From Oscillospiraceae bacterium (lineage in GTDB: Bacteria > Bacteroidota > Bacteroidia > Bacteroidales > Bacteroidaceae): a stretch of DNA of 46,113 bases. The stretch lies in the NCBI GenBank assembly GCA_963639385.1, contig CAVHVH010000001.1, positions 1-46,113 on the forward strand. The letters run 5' to 3'. Under the pieces are notes generated by a model, which saw nothing but the letters and a program-made list of their open reading frames with translations, did not search any database and was not told where the DNA came from. The number at the start of each line of letters is the position of its first letter. The first letter of the stretch is position 1. Made by a program: the position numbers and the translations under genes. This document shows positions 9,575-18,509 of the stretch, piece after piece.

Positions 9575-11071
9575 TTACAACTTCACTTTACGCTTGGCAG
9601 CCTTACTCTCATTACCCACACGGTCGAGGGCTGTCACCACATAGGTATATGCATCGGTACCCTGATTGTAAGGCATACGATAGAAGGTATCATAAGTTAT
9701 CTTCACTATTTTTGAAGCATCGGCTATGTTCACTTTCTCGCCCTTGGCAAAACGATAAACAACATAGCGGCGGGCTACATCGCCCCATTTTTTAGCTTTC
9801 GGGGCCGACCAATAGAGCATAAACCCGTCTTCTGTCCATGCATCGCCTACCTTGGTAGGCTTTTTAGGAGCTTTATCATCAAGGAACTGCATATAGGGGG
9901 GCAGAGCCTTTGACTTCCAGTACACATTACGGAGCATTGTTCCATAACTGCCCATATCTTCGGCTGCCACCTTGGCATACCAAAGTACCGTACCGGCAAC
10001 ATTACGCAACTGTCTGTGCAGACGAAACTTGGCCGCCATTTGGTGTGTTGACGCATTAGACGGATCGGCATTCTGCACTGTATTCTCAATGCTCTCGCCT
10101 ATATAGAGTGGCCGATTGGCCATATGGTTTGCCCACCACTTAATCAATGTTTCATAGTCGGCCAATGGATGTCCTATCTGCCAATACAGCTGCGGCACAC
10201 AATAATCTACCCATCCGTTGTTTACCCACAATAGCACATCGGCATACAACTGGTCGTAGTTTTGCAGTCCGTTAGTATCGCTTCCCAATGGCGAATTTTT
10301 CTTATTACGGTAAATGCCAAACGGTGAAACGCCAAACTTTACCCACGGCTTGAGGCGATGTATATGTTCACCCATTTCTTTAACAAACAAGTTTACATTG
10401 TACCGACGCCAGTCTCCACGGTCGGCAATTCCGTTATTGTATAACGCATATTCTTTATCATCGGGTATTTGACGGCCGCCTTCGGGATAGGGATAGAAAT
10501 AATCGTCGATATGCATACCGTCGATATCATACCGACTCACAATATCATCAACCACAGAGAGAATATATTCACGGTTTTCCTTGAGCCCTGGGTTGAGCAC
10601 ATACAGCCCACCATATTCAAAGGCGCGCTCGGGATGGGTATTGAGTATATGGTTGGCTGCCAGACGTGTAGGACTTTTCATGCGGGCACGATAGGGATTT
10701 ATCCAGGCATGAAACTCCATACCACGCTTATGGCACTGCTGTATCATCCATGCCATAGGGTCCCAATAGGGCGAAGGCGCCTGCCCCTGCACTCCCGTAA
10801 GATAGCGGCTCCAGGGTTCTATCTTGCTCTCATATAGTGCATCGCACTCGCCACGAACCTGAAAGATTACGGCATTGGCACCATCTTTCTCCAACTCGTC
10901 TAACTGGTGAGTAAGCATCTGCTGTATTTCGGCTGTAGACTTACCTAAATACATACCATTTACAAACTGCATCCAAGCGGCTCTAAACTCGCGTTTTCCT
11001 CCATCGGCATACATTTTTTCCGAGGCAAACAGCCCAAGAGCCGCAATCAATATTACAAAAAATCTTTTCAT
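9575..11071 (-). CDS. Glycosyl hydrolase-like family 10 (DUF187/YddW-type) secreted protein with C-terminal Fn3-like domain
   Basis: Signal peptide MKRFFVILIAALGLFA, REFRAAW, FQVR, HAWINPYR, DGMHIDDYFYPY, PQLYW, YVVTALDRVGNES; the track's 5' extension to 11233 is repeat-derived. Confidence 0.88.
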   Translation of the reverse strand: MKRFFVILIAALGLFASEKMYADGGKREFRAAWMQFVNGMYLGKSTAEIQQMLTHQLDELEKDGANAVIFQVRGECDALYESKIEPWSRYLTGVQGQAPSPYWDPMAWMIQQCHKRGMEFHAWINPYRARMKSPTRLAANHILNTHPERAFEYGGLYVLNPGLKENREYILSVVDDIVSRYDIDGMHIDDYFYPYPEGGRQIPDDKEYALYNNGIADRGDWRRYNVNLFVKEMGEHIHRLKPWVKFGVSPFGIYRNKKNSPLGSDTNGLQNYDQLYADVLLWVNNGWVDYCVPQLYWQIGHPLADYETLIKWWANHMANRPLYIGESIENTVQNADPSNASTHQMAAKFRLHRQLRNVAGTVLWYAKVAAEDMGSYGTMLRNVYWKSKALPPYMQFLDDKAPKKPTKVGDAWTEDGFMLYWSAPKAKKWGDVARRYVVYRFAKGEKVNIADASKIVKITYDTFYRMPYNQGTDAYTYVVTALDRVGNESKAAKRKVKL

Positions 11072-11097
11072 TATTGTGACGTTATCGCTTTTACACG

Positions 11098-11234
11098 GCA
11101 AAGATAATGCAAACGAGCGCAATGAAAACTTGATTTCATATTGCCGAGTGCAGCTTATCTTATGCAAAGATAATGCAAACGAGCGCAATGAAAACTTGAT
11201 TTCATATTGCCGAGTGCAGCTTATCTTATGCAAA
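11098..11234. repeat. Two exact tandem copies of a 66-bp hairpin element plus a terminal GCAAA
   Basis: Unit GCAAAGATAATGCAAACGAGCGCAATGAAAACTTGATTTCATATTGCCGAGTGCAGCTTATCTTAT at 11098-11163 and 11164-11229, then GCAAA 11230-11234. Confidence 0.95.
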
Positions 11235-11261
11235 AATACAATGATTGTAGCCTACAGCAAA
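11231..11261 (-). promoter_or_regulatory. Probable native promoter of the GHL10 gene
   Basis: Minus strand TTTG (11258-11261), 19 nt, TATTTTTG (11231-11238). Confidence 0.65.
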
Positions 11262-11334
11262 ATATTGTATAAACATTTTGGCACTTACACCCGTATTTTC
11301 ACGGTTTTCTATCTTAAGCCAAACTTTTTTAGGC

Positions 11335-11381
11335 AAAAAAATATCCGCAACCGCCAGGTCAATAACCCTTGCGGTTGCGGA
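11335..11381 (-). terminator. Terminator after the FadL-like gene
   Basis: TCCGCAACCGC (11344-11354) / GCGGTTGCGGA (11371-11381) with an A-tract at 11335-11341 (U-tract on minus). Confidence 0.8.
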
Positions 11382-11403
11382 CAGACGCACTATTAAAATA
11401 CGA

Positions 11404-12960
11404 TTAGAAGCGACAGCTCAAAGTTGCCATTATCTGACTACGGTCGTGGCTTACCTTGGTGGCACCTACCACGCAACTGGCAGCCGAACTGCTGGAGTCA
11501 TAATAACTCATGAAAGGATAGAAATCGCCATTGGTATGGCTATACTGATAGGCGAAGTCAAGATTTACTTTGTTACTTAACTGGCAACCTAAACCGAAGG
11601 TAAAGCGATTAGTGGCCTTCCAATTGGTATAGTCGGTAGAAGTGGCATAGCCTACACCGGGAGACTCAAGCGAGCCGTCGCGGAAGCCATTCTTGTCGAA
11701 CGCTGATGATATCCAATTATATCCCAAACGAATAGCCAATGTAGACAGCGGCTTGTATTCGGCTCCTAACTTCAAGGTATGCACACCTTTTAGCGTACGC
11801 TCTGTATGGTCGTTCATCACATTATCACTGCTACTGCTATCGTACGAAGATCCATCCCAAGGGTCAAAATATGTACCATCTATTGTACGGTTGTCTATAC
11901 TACTATAGTCAGAATATTCATAAGTAGCGCCCAATGCAAGATAATTACCCACAGTATGTCCAAGACTCAAACCGAATTTCCAAGGGGTATATACTTTAAA
12001 GTCGTACGAACTGTTGTTACTATATCCTGTAAAACCAGAGCCCATTTGCTGTGATGTGCCCGATGGGGCAAATCCGCAATAGGTTTCGCCAGACATTTTT
12101 AGGTCATAGAACACAGGGGTGTTGACGTATAAACCAATACGGAATGGTGAACCGTCTATAGGTAAGAATATAACACCCAGTTTAACGTCTACTCCTGTTC
12201 CATCAATCGTAAGACGCTCGGTAGACATACCTTCGGTAGACTGTTCTAATTGTTCAAAGTAATTGCTGGAAGAGCGATAGTTTACATCATGCAAACCTAC
12301 AGTAGCACCAAGATAGAAACGATTGTTAATAGCACCGCTTATACTAAAGTCGTATTCACCAATATAGCCCTTTTGGTACTGGCCAAAAATGAACGACTGT
12401 CCATTGTAATAGTCCATATAATTATTACCCTGGTCATCAGTCTTCTCCAATAATTTTTGGTAGCTGGCATCTACTGCGTTCCATCCCCAGTCGCCCACCT
12501 TATCGTACTTAATGGCCGAAATCTTGTTCTGCGAAGCCATAGACAATGATCCTACTGCAGAGAGTATTTGGTCAAAATTACGGCTCTTGTGATAGTTGAA
12601 AGCCAAGTTAATATAGGGTTTCCCACCAAGTGTAAGCGGAGCCACAATACCTATTTGGTCAAAACTGGCATTGGTCTTCTTCCCGCCACTTATGCTACTG
12701 TTCTCCACTCCAGTTTGGCTCACCAACCCACCAGTAAGACTTATTTGGTTTTTGGTAAGGAAAGCTACGCCTGCCGGATTGGTACTTATAGTAGATATGT
12801 CGGCACCAAGAGCCTCCATTGCACCACCCATACCTACATAGCGTGCTGTACCGTTAAGGTCATTATCTATCAGCTTAGTATCCTGATATGTCTCCTGAGC
12901 AGCAGCAGTAAATGCTACAGTCAAAGCCAAAAACGTAAAAATCAAATTCTTTGTATTCAT
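11404..12960 (-). CDS. Outer-membrane beta-barrel transporter, OmpP1/FadL family (often labelled hemin receptor in Bacteroidales)
   Basis: Signal peptide, GTARYVGMGGAMEALGADIS..NPAG N-terminal motif, aromatic-rich beta strands, C-terminal F. Confidence 0.82.
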   Translation of the reverse strand: MNTKNLIFTFLALTVAFTAAAQETYQDTKLIDNDLNGTARYVGMGGAMEALGADISTISTNPAGVAFLTKNQISLTGGLVSQTGVENSSISGGKKTNASFDQIGIVAPLTLGGKPYINLAFNYHKSRNFDQILSAVGSLSMASQNKISAIKYDKVGDWGWNAVDASYQKLLEKTDDQGNNYMDYYNGQSFIFGQYQKGYIGEYDFSISGAINNRFYLGATVGLHDVNYRSSSNYFEQLEQSTEGMSTERLTIDGTGVDVKLGVIFLPIDGSPFRIGLYVNTPVFYDLKMSGETYCGFAPSGTSQQMGSGFTGYSNNSSYDFKVYTPWKFGLSLGHTVGNYLALGATYEYSDYSSIDNRTIDGTYFDPWDGSSYDSSSSDNVMNDHTERTLKGVHTLKLGAEYKPLSTLAIRLGYNWISSAFDKNGFRDGSLESPGVGYATSTDYTNWKATNRFTFGLGCQLSNKVNLDFAYQYSHTNGDFYPFMSYYDSSSSAASCVVGATKVSHDRSQIMATLSCRF

Positions 12961-13052
12961 AACAAGATGTATTTTTTAGGTTGTTATAGAAATTACCATT
13001 GTATGTTTATTTTATACCGAGAAGCGGCATACCATTTCTTATAAGATGCGTC

Positions 13053-13958
13053 TTATCGATGACCACCACCGAAACGTCCGCCACCACCAGAAGCACCTGA
13101 ATGGCCACCGCCGAAGCCGCCACCACGCGAGCCACCGAAACCGCCTCCAAACGAACCGGTAGACATAGAACTATTGCTACGGTTGCCAAAACCGAAACTA
13201 TTCTGACGGTTAGTATTGGTATTGTTATTATTACGGTTACCAAAAGTGCGGTTAGCAGTAGACTGGTTGTTACGATTACCAAAGCTGCGGGTTCCATTGT
13301 AAGTTACGCCACGACCTGTAGATGGACGCGGACCGCTCCACGAGCGATAACCAGCATATCCACCGCGGCCACTGTAATGGGTTATATACGCACCACCCCA
13401 ATAACCGGGCCAATACCATCCACCATAATAACCGGGCCAACGCCATCCGGCATAAGCATACGGACCATACCATCCATAATAGCCATAGTAACCGGCATAC
13501 CAAGGATCATAAAATCCACCATAATACCAAGGGTCGTACCATGCCGAACGCCAATAATAGGGAGAGAAGGCATAGTTGTAGAACCATGGGTCGTAATATC
13601 CGTCCCAACGGCTCATACGACGGCTATAGGCAAAATCATCGTCAGATACGTTGGCACTGTACTTACTCACAAAGGTGGTATCTATATACACCGAATCGGG
13701 ATAGACACCATTGCCTTGTTGGAACTGGATGATGTCATTGCCTTGCTCATCGGAGCCTATCTTTTGGGTATGACTCCAATACTTACCACGGCGGTTATAC
13801 TCATCTACATCGCGGTTGCTGCCCACATAATAGGCTGGCTGCTGCGAATCAGTTGAAGTCTGAGCTTTCTTCTTCGGACTGAAATAGAGGTCGTCTTGAG
13901 CCATGACCGATAGGGACATAGCAGAAAACAACACTGCAAACATAAACAACTGTTTCAT
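13053..13958 (-). CDS. Secreted hypothetical protein, Tyr/Trp/Pro-rich middle and Gly/Arg/Asn-rich tail
   Basis: Signal peptide, QDDLYF, RDVDEYNRRG, repeated YYDPW/WYDPW, RGGGFGGG tail; directly upstream of the barrel gene. Confidence 0.8.
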   Translation of the reverse strand: MKQLFMFAVLFSAMSLSVMAQDDLYFSPKKKAQTSTDSQQPAYYVGSNRDVDEYNRRGKYWSHTQKIGSDEQGNDIIQFQQGNGVYPDSVYIDTTFVSKYSANVSDDDFAYSRRMSRWDGYYDPWFYNYAFSPYYWRSAWYDPWYYGGFYDPWYAGYYGYYGWYGPYAYAGWRWPGYYGGWYWPGYWGGAYITHYSGRGGYAGYRSWSGPRPSTGRGVTYNGTRSFGNRNNQSTANRTFGNRNNNNTNTNRQNSFGFGNRSNSSMSTGSFGGGFGGSRGGGFGGGHSGASGGGGRFGGGHR

Positions 13959-13995
13959 ATTCTTACTACTTTTATTATATACTTTTCTTATTGTG

Positions 13996-14077
13996 CAAAA
14001 TTAGCATCAATAGCATTGCAAAATTAAGGAAAAACCCTAAACCATGATAGGTTTTTCCCTATTAATTTATAAATTTG
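13996..14077. promoter_or_regulatory. Divergent promoter region (two minus-strand -7 boxes, one plus-strand -7 box for prmA)
   Basis: CAAAATTA at 13996-14003 and 14019-14026 (TAATTTTG on minus); TAAATTTG at 14070-14077. Confidence 0.6.
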
Positions 14078-14105
14078 CACCGCAATTAAACATGTTTTAT
14101 ACATT

Positions 14106-14963
14106 ATGAAGTATTTGGCAGCCCATTTCAAAATAACATGTCCCGAAGACACTCTGCAAACAGCCCGCGATCTGCTGGCCTACGTAGCAGGAGAGGCTGG
14201 ATTCGAAACATTTGAAGACACACCGAACGGCATCGATGGATACGTTCAGGAGCAATTACTGGATAGACAACTGTTAGACAATGGTATAGACAAATTCCCC
14301 ATAGAAGGCATAGACATTACCTATATTATAAATAAGGTGGAAGACCAAGACTGGAACGCCACATGGGAGGCAATAGGTTTCGAGCCCATAAATATAGACA
14401 ACCGTATTATAGTATACGATGCCAAGAGCCAAGTTCCGCCACACACCTCAGAGACTATCGTTATAGGCATAGATGCGCGCCAAGCCTTTGGAACCGGCAC
14501 CCATGAAACTACCCAAATGGTAATAGCCTCGCTACTGGAAACAGACCTTCAGGGAAAGAGCGTGCTCGACTGCGGCTGCGGCACCGGTATTCTCTCGATA
14601 GCCGCCGCCAAAAGTGGAGCTCGCCGTTGTACAGGTTACGACATTGACGAATGGAGCGTGGAAAACAGTAGACACAATGCCTTGCTCAACAATGTTGAAA
14701 TAGACGTAAAACTGGGAGATGCCTCTATAGTGGAAAATATATCGGGGATGTTTGATGTAATTATGGCCAACATCAACCGCAATATTCTGTTGGCCGATAT
14801 GCCCGTGTTTGTTAGTAAAATGAACCCAGGCGGCTCTCTTATAATGAGTGGATTTTACCAAAGCGATACAGACATTATAAACCAAAAGGCCAAATTGCTT
14901 GGGCTTATAAAGACTGGACAAAAGACCAACGGCGAATGGACTTGTCTTACTTTCTGTAAGTAA
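14106..14963 (+). CDS. prmA: Ribosomal protein L11 methyltransferase
   Basis: EDQDWN..WE, AFGTGTHETT, VLDCGCGTGIL, DID, ANINRN, SGFY. Confidence 0.95.
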   Translation: MKYLAAHFKITCPEDTLQTARDLLAYVAGEAGFETFEDTPNGIDGYVQEQLLDRQLLDNGIDKFPIEGIDITYIINKVEDQDWNATWEAIGFEPINIDNRIIVYDAKSQVPPHTSETIVIGIDARQAFGTGTHETTQMVIASLLETDLQGKSVLDCGCGTGILSIAAAKSGARRCTGYDIDEWSVENSRHNALLNNVEIDVKLGDASIVENISGMFDVIMANINRNILLADMPVFVSKMNPGGSLIMSGFYQSDTDIINQKAKLLGLIKTGQKTNGEWTCLTFCK

Positions 14964-15255
14964 GCCTCTGCCTCTACTATCTGCCGAGCATCATATCATC
15001 CATCCCAAGGCATACTTTACGCCATATAATGCAAAAGATTTTGTCTATATAAATGTAATAAAACAGACAAATCTACGTTATTATCATGTAAATACAATAT
15101 GCCTATGAACTATTTTACTCTCAAAGAGGCAAAACCCTCTGAAAAAACTTTACAACTTATCAGACAGATAGCCAGGCTATATCCTTCTACCCATGCCAAT
15201 AACAGTAGTTACGATATATGCATGAACTAATCTGAACCATGAATATAAAAACACA

Positions 15256-15924
15256 ATGAACAAAGAAACCAAGATTTCACCATCTCTGCTTTCTGCTGAC
15301 TTTACAAAGCTCGGCGAAGAGGTGGAAATGATTAATAGTAGTGTAGCCGATTGGTTACACATGGACATAATGGACGGAGTATTCGTACCCAACATTTCTT
15401 TTGGAATGCCCGTTGTCAAAGCCGTACACGCCATTTGTAAGAAACCTTTAGATGTACATATGATGACTGTACACCCAGAGAACTATATTCGTCAAATGGC
15501 CGATGTCGGAGCATCGCTACTTACCATACATGCCGAGGCTTGCACTCATCTGCACCGAACCATTCAGGAAATACATGCTACAGGAATGAAGGCTGGAGTA
15601 GCACTCAACCCCGCTACTCCACTGGCTATGGCGGAAGAAATACTAAACGATATTGATGTTGTATTGATAATGAGCGTCAACCCTGGCTTCTCTGGACAGA
15701 CTTTCATCACTTCTGCCATTGACAAAGTTTTCAGACTAAGGCAGATGATAGACCACATAGAAAACAGACCACTGATTGAGGTTGACGGAGGGGTTAACGA
15801 AAAAACGGCATCAGCGCTTATAAACGCCGGTGCCGATGTATTGGTGAGTGGTAGCTACATATTCAGCTCAAAAGAGCCAAGAGCCACCATACAAAGTCTT
15901 AAGAATCAGCAGCAATCAGTCTAA
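15256..15924 (+). CDS. rpe: Ribulose-phosphate 3-epimerase
   Basis: ISPSLLSADF, HMDIMDGVFVPNISFG, DVHMM, LNPATP, MSVNPGFSGQ, EVDGG. Confidence 0.96.
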   Translation: MNKETKISPSLLSADFTKLGEEVEMINSSVADWLHMDIMDGVFVPNISFGMPVVKAVHAICKKPLDVHMMTVHPENYIRQMADVGASLLTIHAEACTHLHRTIQEIHATGMKAGVALNPATPLAMAEEILNDIDVVLIMSVNPGFSGQTFITSAIDKVFRLRQMIDHIENRPLIEVDGGVNEKTASALINAGADVLVSGSYIFSSKEPRATIQSLKNQQQSV

Positions 15925-16512
15925 CTGCAAGGTAATTCCATTAACCTTGGCCATACGCCGCAGATTGAGCACGGCATAACGCATACGCCCTAAAGCCGTA
16001 TTTATACTCACATTGGTTGCCTGTGAAATTTCCTTGAACGACATACCCTGAAAAAACCGCATAAAGACGACCTCGCGCTGCGATGCCGGCAAAAGGTTCA
16101 TCATACGGTGCACATCGGCATATACTTGCTCATTAACATAACGATTTTCCACATTAGATACTATCACCTGGTGAGTATCTAATTGAGACAAATCTTCATT
16201 ACCTACCGTGGTCATCACGCTCTCTACACGGCGGTCACGATAATAATCCATTATCACATTATGTGCAATACGCATAATCCATGCCGAAAACTTACCACAA
16301 TCGGTATACCGCCCCGACCGAAGTTTCATAATAACCTTGACAAAAGTGTCTTGAAACACGTCTTCGGCCACTTCGCTATCGCGTACTACAAACAATATAT
16401 AAGAATAAAGCTTCTGCTGATTACGTGAAAGCAACAAATCAAAAGCATTATTGTCACCATTTACATATGCCATGGCCAACTCTTCGTCAGTCACTTTGCT
16501 TGATACATTCAT
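15916..16512 (-). CDS. ECF-type RNA polymerase sigma-70 factor
   Basis: AEDVFQDTFVK, FSAWIMRIAHN, LPASQREVV..R, SFKEIS, VSINTALGRMRYA; 3' end overlaps rpe by 9 nt. Confidence 0.93.
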   Translation of the reverse strand: MNVSSKVTDEELAMAYVNGDNNAFDLLLSRNQQKLYSYILFVVRDSEVAEDVFQDTFVKVIMKLRSGRYTDCGKFSAWIMRIAHNVIMDYYRDRRVESVMTTVGNEDLSQLDTHQVIVSNVENRYVNEQVYADVHRMMNLLPASQREVVFMRFFQGMSFKEISQATNVSINTALGRMRYAVLNLRRMAKVNGITLQLD

Positions 16513-16590
16513 CTCTTATTTCTTTACAGTTGAGTAAATGTTGACTATAGGCTTATTGATTTATTGTGTAAATACTGTTAATTTGTGCTG

Positions 16591-16622
16591 CAAAGTTAGC
16601 ATTTTTCCACATAAAACACAAA
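16591..16622 (-). promoter_or_regulatory. Promoter of the ECF sigma gene
   Basis: Minus TTTG (16619-16622), 20 nt, TAACTTTG (16591-16598). Confidence 0.7.
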
Positions 16623-16673
16623 TTTACTATAAAAAATCTTATTATTGCCACCCAAATATTACAAAATAACACC

Positions 16674-16746
16674 AAAAGAGGTTGGTGCAGGATGCGCCAA
16701 CCTCAAGGTGATTTCAAAATAATAAACGGTTGAAATCAAAATAATA
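16674..16746 (-). ncRNA. Candidate ~72-nt small RNA (two hairpins, intrinsic terminator)
   Basis: Own promoter (TTTG 16779-16782, 20 nt, TATTTTTG 16751-16758); hairpin TGATTTCAA/TTGAAATCA (16709-16738); terminator GAGGTTGGCGCA-TCC-TGCACCAACCTC-TTTT on minus (16674-16704); no ORF noticed. Confidence 0.7.
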
Positions 16747-16750
16747 TTCG

Positions 16751-16782
16751 CAAAAATAGGAGTATTATATGAAACCTCCAAA
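16751..16782 (-). promoter_or_regulatory. Promoter of the candidate sRNA
   Basis: Consensus -33/-7 with 20-nt spacing. Confidence 0.7.
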
Positions 16783-16997
16783 TGTTTTAACAGAAAATTT
16801 CAAAATATTTTATTGAAATACCCAATATATTGCGCAAATAACGCAACCTCTTCTTATTAAGGGTAGTTTAACAAATTGCGCCGTTAACACAAAGTTTTCT
16901 ATATACCCTTAGCTATCTTACTGGATTTTACCAAAATATATTTTTGCTTAAGACATAATTTGTGAATATCCAGTTTTATCGGCTATATATAGAACAA

Positions 16998-17031
16998 ACA
17001 TGCCGATACAGAATCTCCTGCACCGGCACGT
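16998..17031 (-). terminator. Terminator of the glycogen operon
   Basis: Minus ACGTGCCGGTGCAG-GAGATT-CTGTATCGGCATGT-TTGTT (G-U pairs valid on minus strand). Confidence 0.7.
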
Positions 17032-17063
17032 CTTATCCATATTAGGGATTTCTATACAAATGG

Positions 17064-18494
17064 CTATTTTTCTTTCTCAACCTTAGTCTTCACAGCCTTT
17101 GATTTAGCTACCTTAGTTTTTTCAGAGGCTTTAGATGATGAGGCAGCCTTTTTTCCAGTTTTTCCTTCTATTTTTTCGCGTAGCTTTTCGCTGGCCGCTT
17201 CTATTTTTTCTATCTTAGCCTGTAAACGGATTATCTCTTTATCCTTAAGCTCTATCTCATCACCTTGATTACGGATGGTTGTAAGCAGAGATTCAAGCTC
17301 TTCATTGTCTATATCCTCTGGATAGAGATTGTTAACACGGTTGATAAAGTCACCCAAGATATTCATGTAATTGGTAAAAGCATCAAAAGCGCTTGCATAA
17401 ATGCCTCTATCAACGGCTATACCAGATGGTTTTGTCGATATAAAATAGAAGTTGTTGGTAGCCTGCAAATAGTCCCAGTCTTGATTTACACGGGGGTCGT
17501 TAGCTATGCGTACACGGTCGGCCACGCTATACAGTTTATTGAATGCCTCACGCTGCATGGGGTTACCCAGCCAGCAAGAAACATCGCGCTCTTCGTCCAT
17601 CCACGACAATGTATCAGGTACATCCAACTGACCTACCGATTTCATCTTGCCGCATACCTCGGATGGTGTAGAGAAGGTTATACCCTGTGCTTTGGCGCAA
17701 GCTGGGAGAGCTTTGATAAACTCCAGGATATTGCTCGACAATGGCTGGGCTATACCTATAGCAGATAGGTTCATAAAGATGCCATAGAACTGTTCCTCGG
17801 CCGGTCCTTCTGCTATCTTACGTATGTAGTTATCGGCAAATAGAGGATAGCCTTCCCAATCACTGTTGTTGAAACGCAGTGAAATATCATCGCTCAGATT
17901 AACATCACGCAGCAACAGTTTCAGATTAGGGTTGAGCGCACAGTGATAAATATAGTGGGGCGATTTCCAACCCAACACATGCTTAGCACCTTCGGTAAGC
18001 ATGCCCTTAAATCCCATATTGGCAGCCTGCATACCTATATCATCACTATAAATCAGACCTGAGTTGCGCAACACCTTCGGTGTTTGATTAAAGTATTCCT
18101 TGATTTTCTCTACCTGCTTCTTCACGTCGGCTATAAAGCTCTCCTCATTGGCAAGCGAAGACAAACCATGAGAATAGGGTTCTGCCAAGAATTCTACACA
18201 ACCGGTATCATTGAGTTCCTGTAATTTTGATAAAACCTGCGGAGCATGCAGTTCAAGCTGTTCTATGCCTACACCAGAAAGAGAGAATGCCACCTTGAAG
18301 GCTTTTCCGTTCTCCTTGATCATTTCGGCTATGGCGTTGAGCGCTGGCATGTAACTACGCTCGGTAATATCGGTAATGCTACGCTCGTTCTCGTAGTCGT
18401 CATAATAGTAATGGTCTGTACCGATATCAAAGAAACGATATCTCTTAAGATGAGTTATCTGGTGTATCTCGAAATATAGACAAATTGTTTTCAT
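17064..18494 (-). CDS. Glycoside hydrolase family 57 (alpha-amylase-like) with coiled-coil, Lys-rich tail
   Basis: CLYFEIHQ, SYMP, FSLSG, EPYSHGL, LSDDISLRF, SWMDEERDVSCWLGN. Confidence 0.9.
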   Translation of the reverse strand: MKTICLYFEIHQITHLKRYRFFDIGTDHYYYDDYENERSITDITERSYMPALNAIAEMIKENGKAFKVAFSLSGVGIEQLELHAPQVLSKLQELNDTGCVEFLAEPYSHGLSSLANEESFIADVKKQVEKIKEYFNQTPKVLRNSGLIYSDDIGMQAANMGFKGMLTEGAKHVLGWKSPHYIYHCALNPNLKLLLRDVNLSDDISLRFNNSDWEGYPLFADNYIRKIAEGPAEEQFYGIFMNLSAIGIAQPLSSNILEFIKALPACAKAQGITFSTPSEVCGKMKSVGQLDVPDTLSWMDEERDVSCWLGNPMQREAFNKLYSVADRVRIANDPRVNQDWDYLQATNNFYFISTKPSGIAVDRGIYASAFDAFTNYMNILGDFINRVNNLYPEDIDNEELESLLTTIRNQGDEIELKDKEIIRLQAKIEKIEAASEKLREKIEGKTGKKAASSSKASEKTKVAKSKAVKTKVEKEK

Positions 18495-18509
18495 AATCGT
18501 TGTTGTTAG

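Noticed and set aside
11098..11234. CRISPR array
   Set aside because: Units are contiguous identical 66-mers with no unique spacers, and no cas genes are in the window
11072..11396. N-terminal extension of the GHL10 ORF (to 11233) and the 106-aa plus-strand ORF 11076-11396
   Set aside because: Both are read-throughs of the 66-bp repeat (a multiple of 3); the real signal peptide starts at 11071
13101..13856. 251-aa plus-strand ORF and other overlapping ORFs
   Set aside because: Antisense shadows of the low-complexity minus-strand gene
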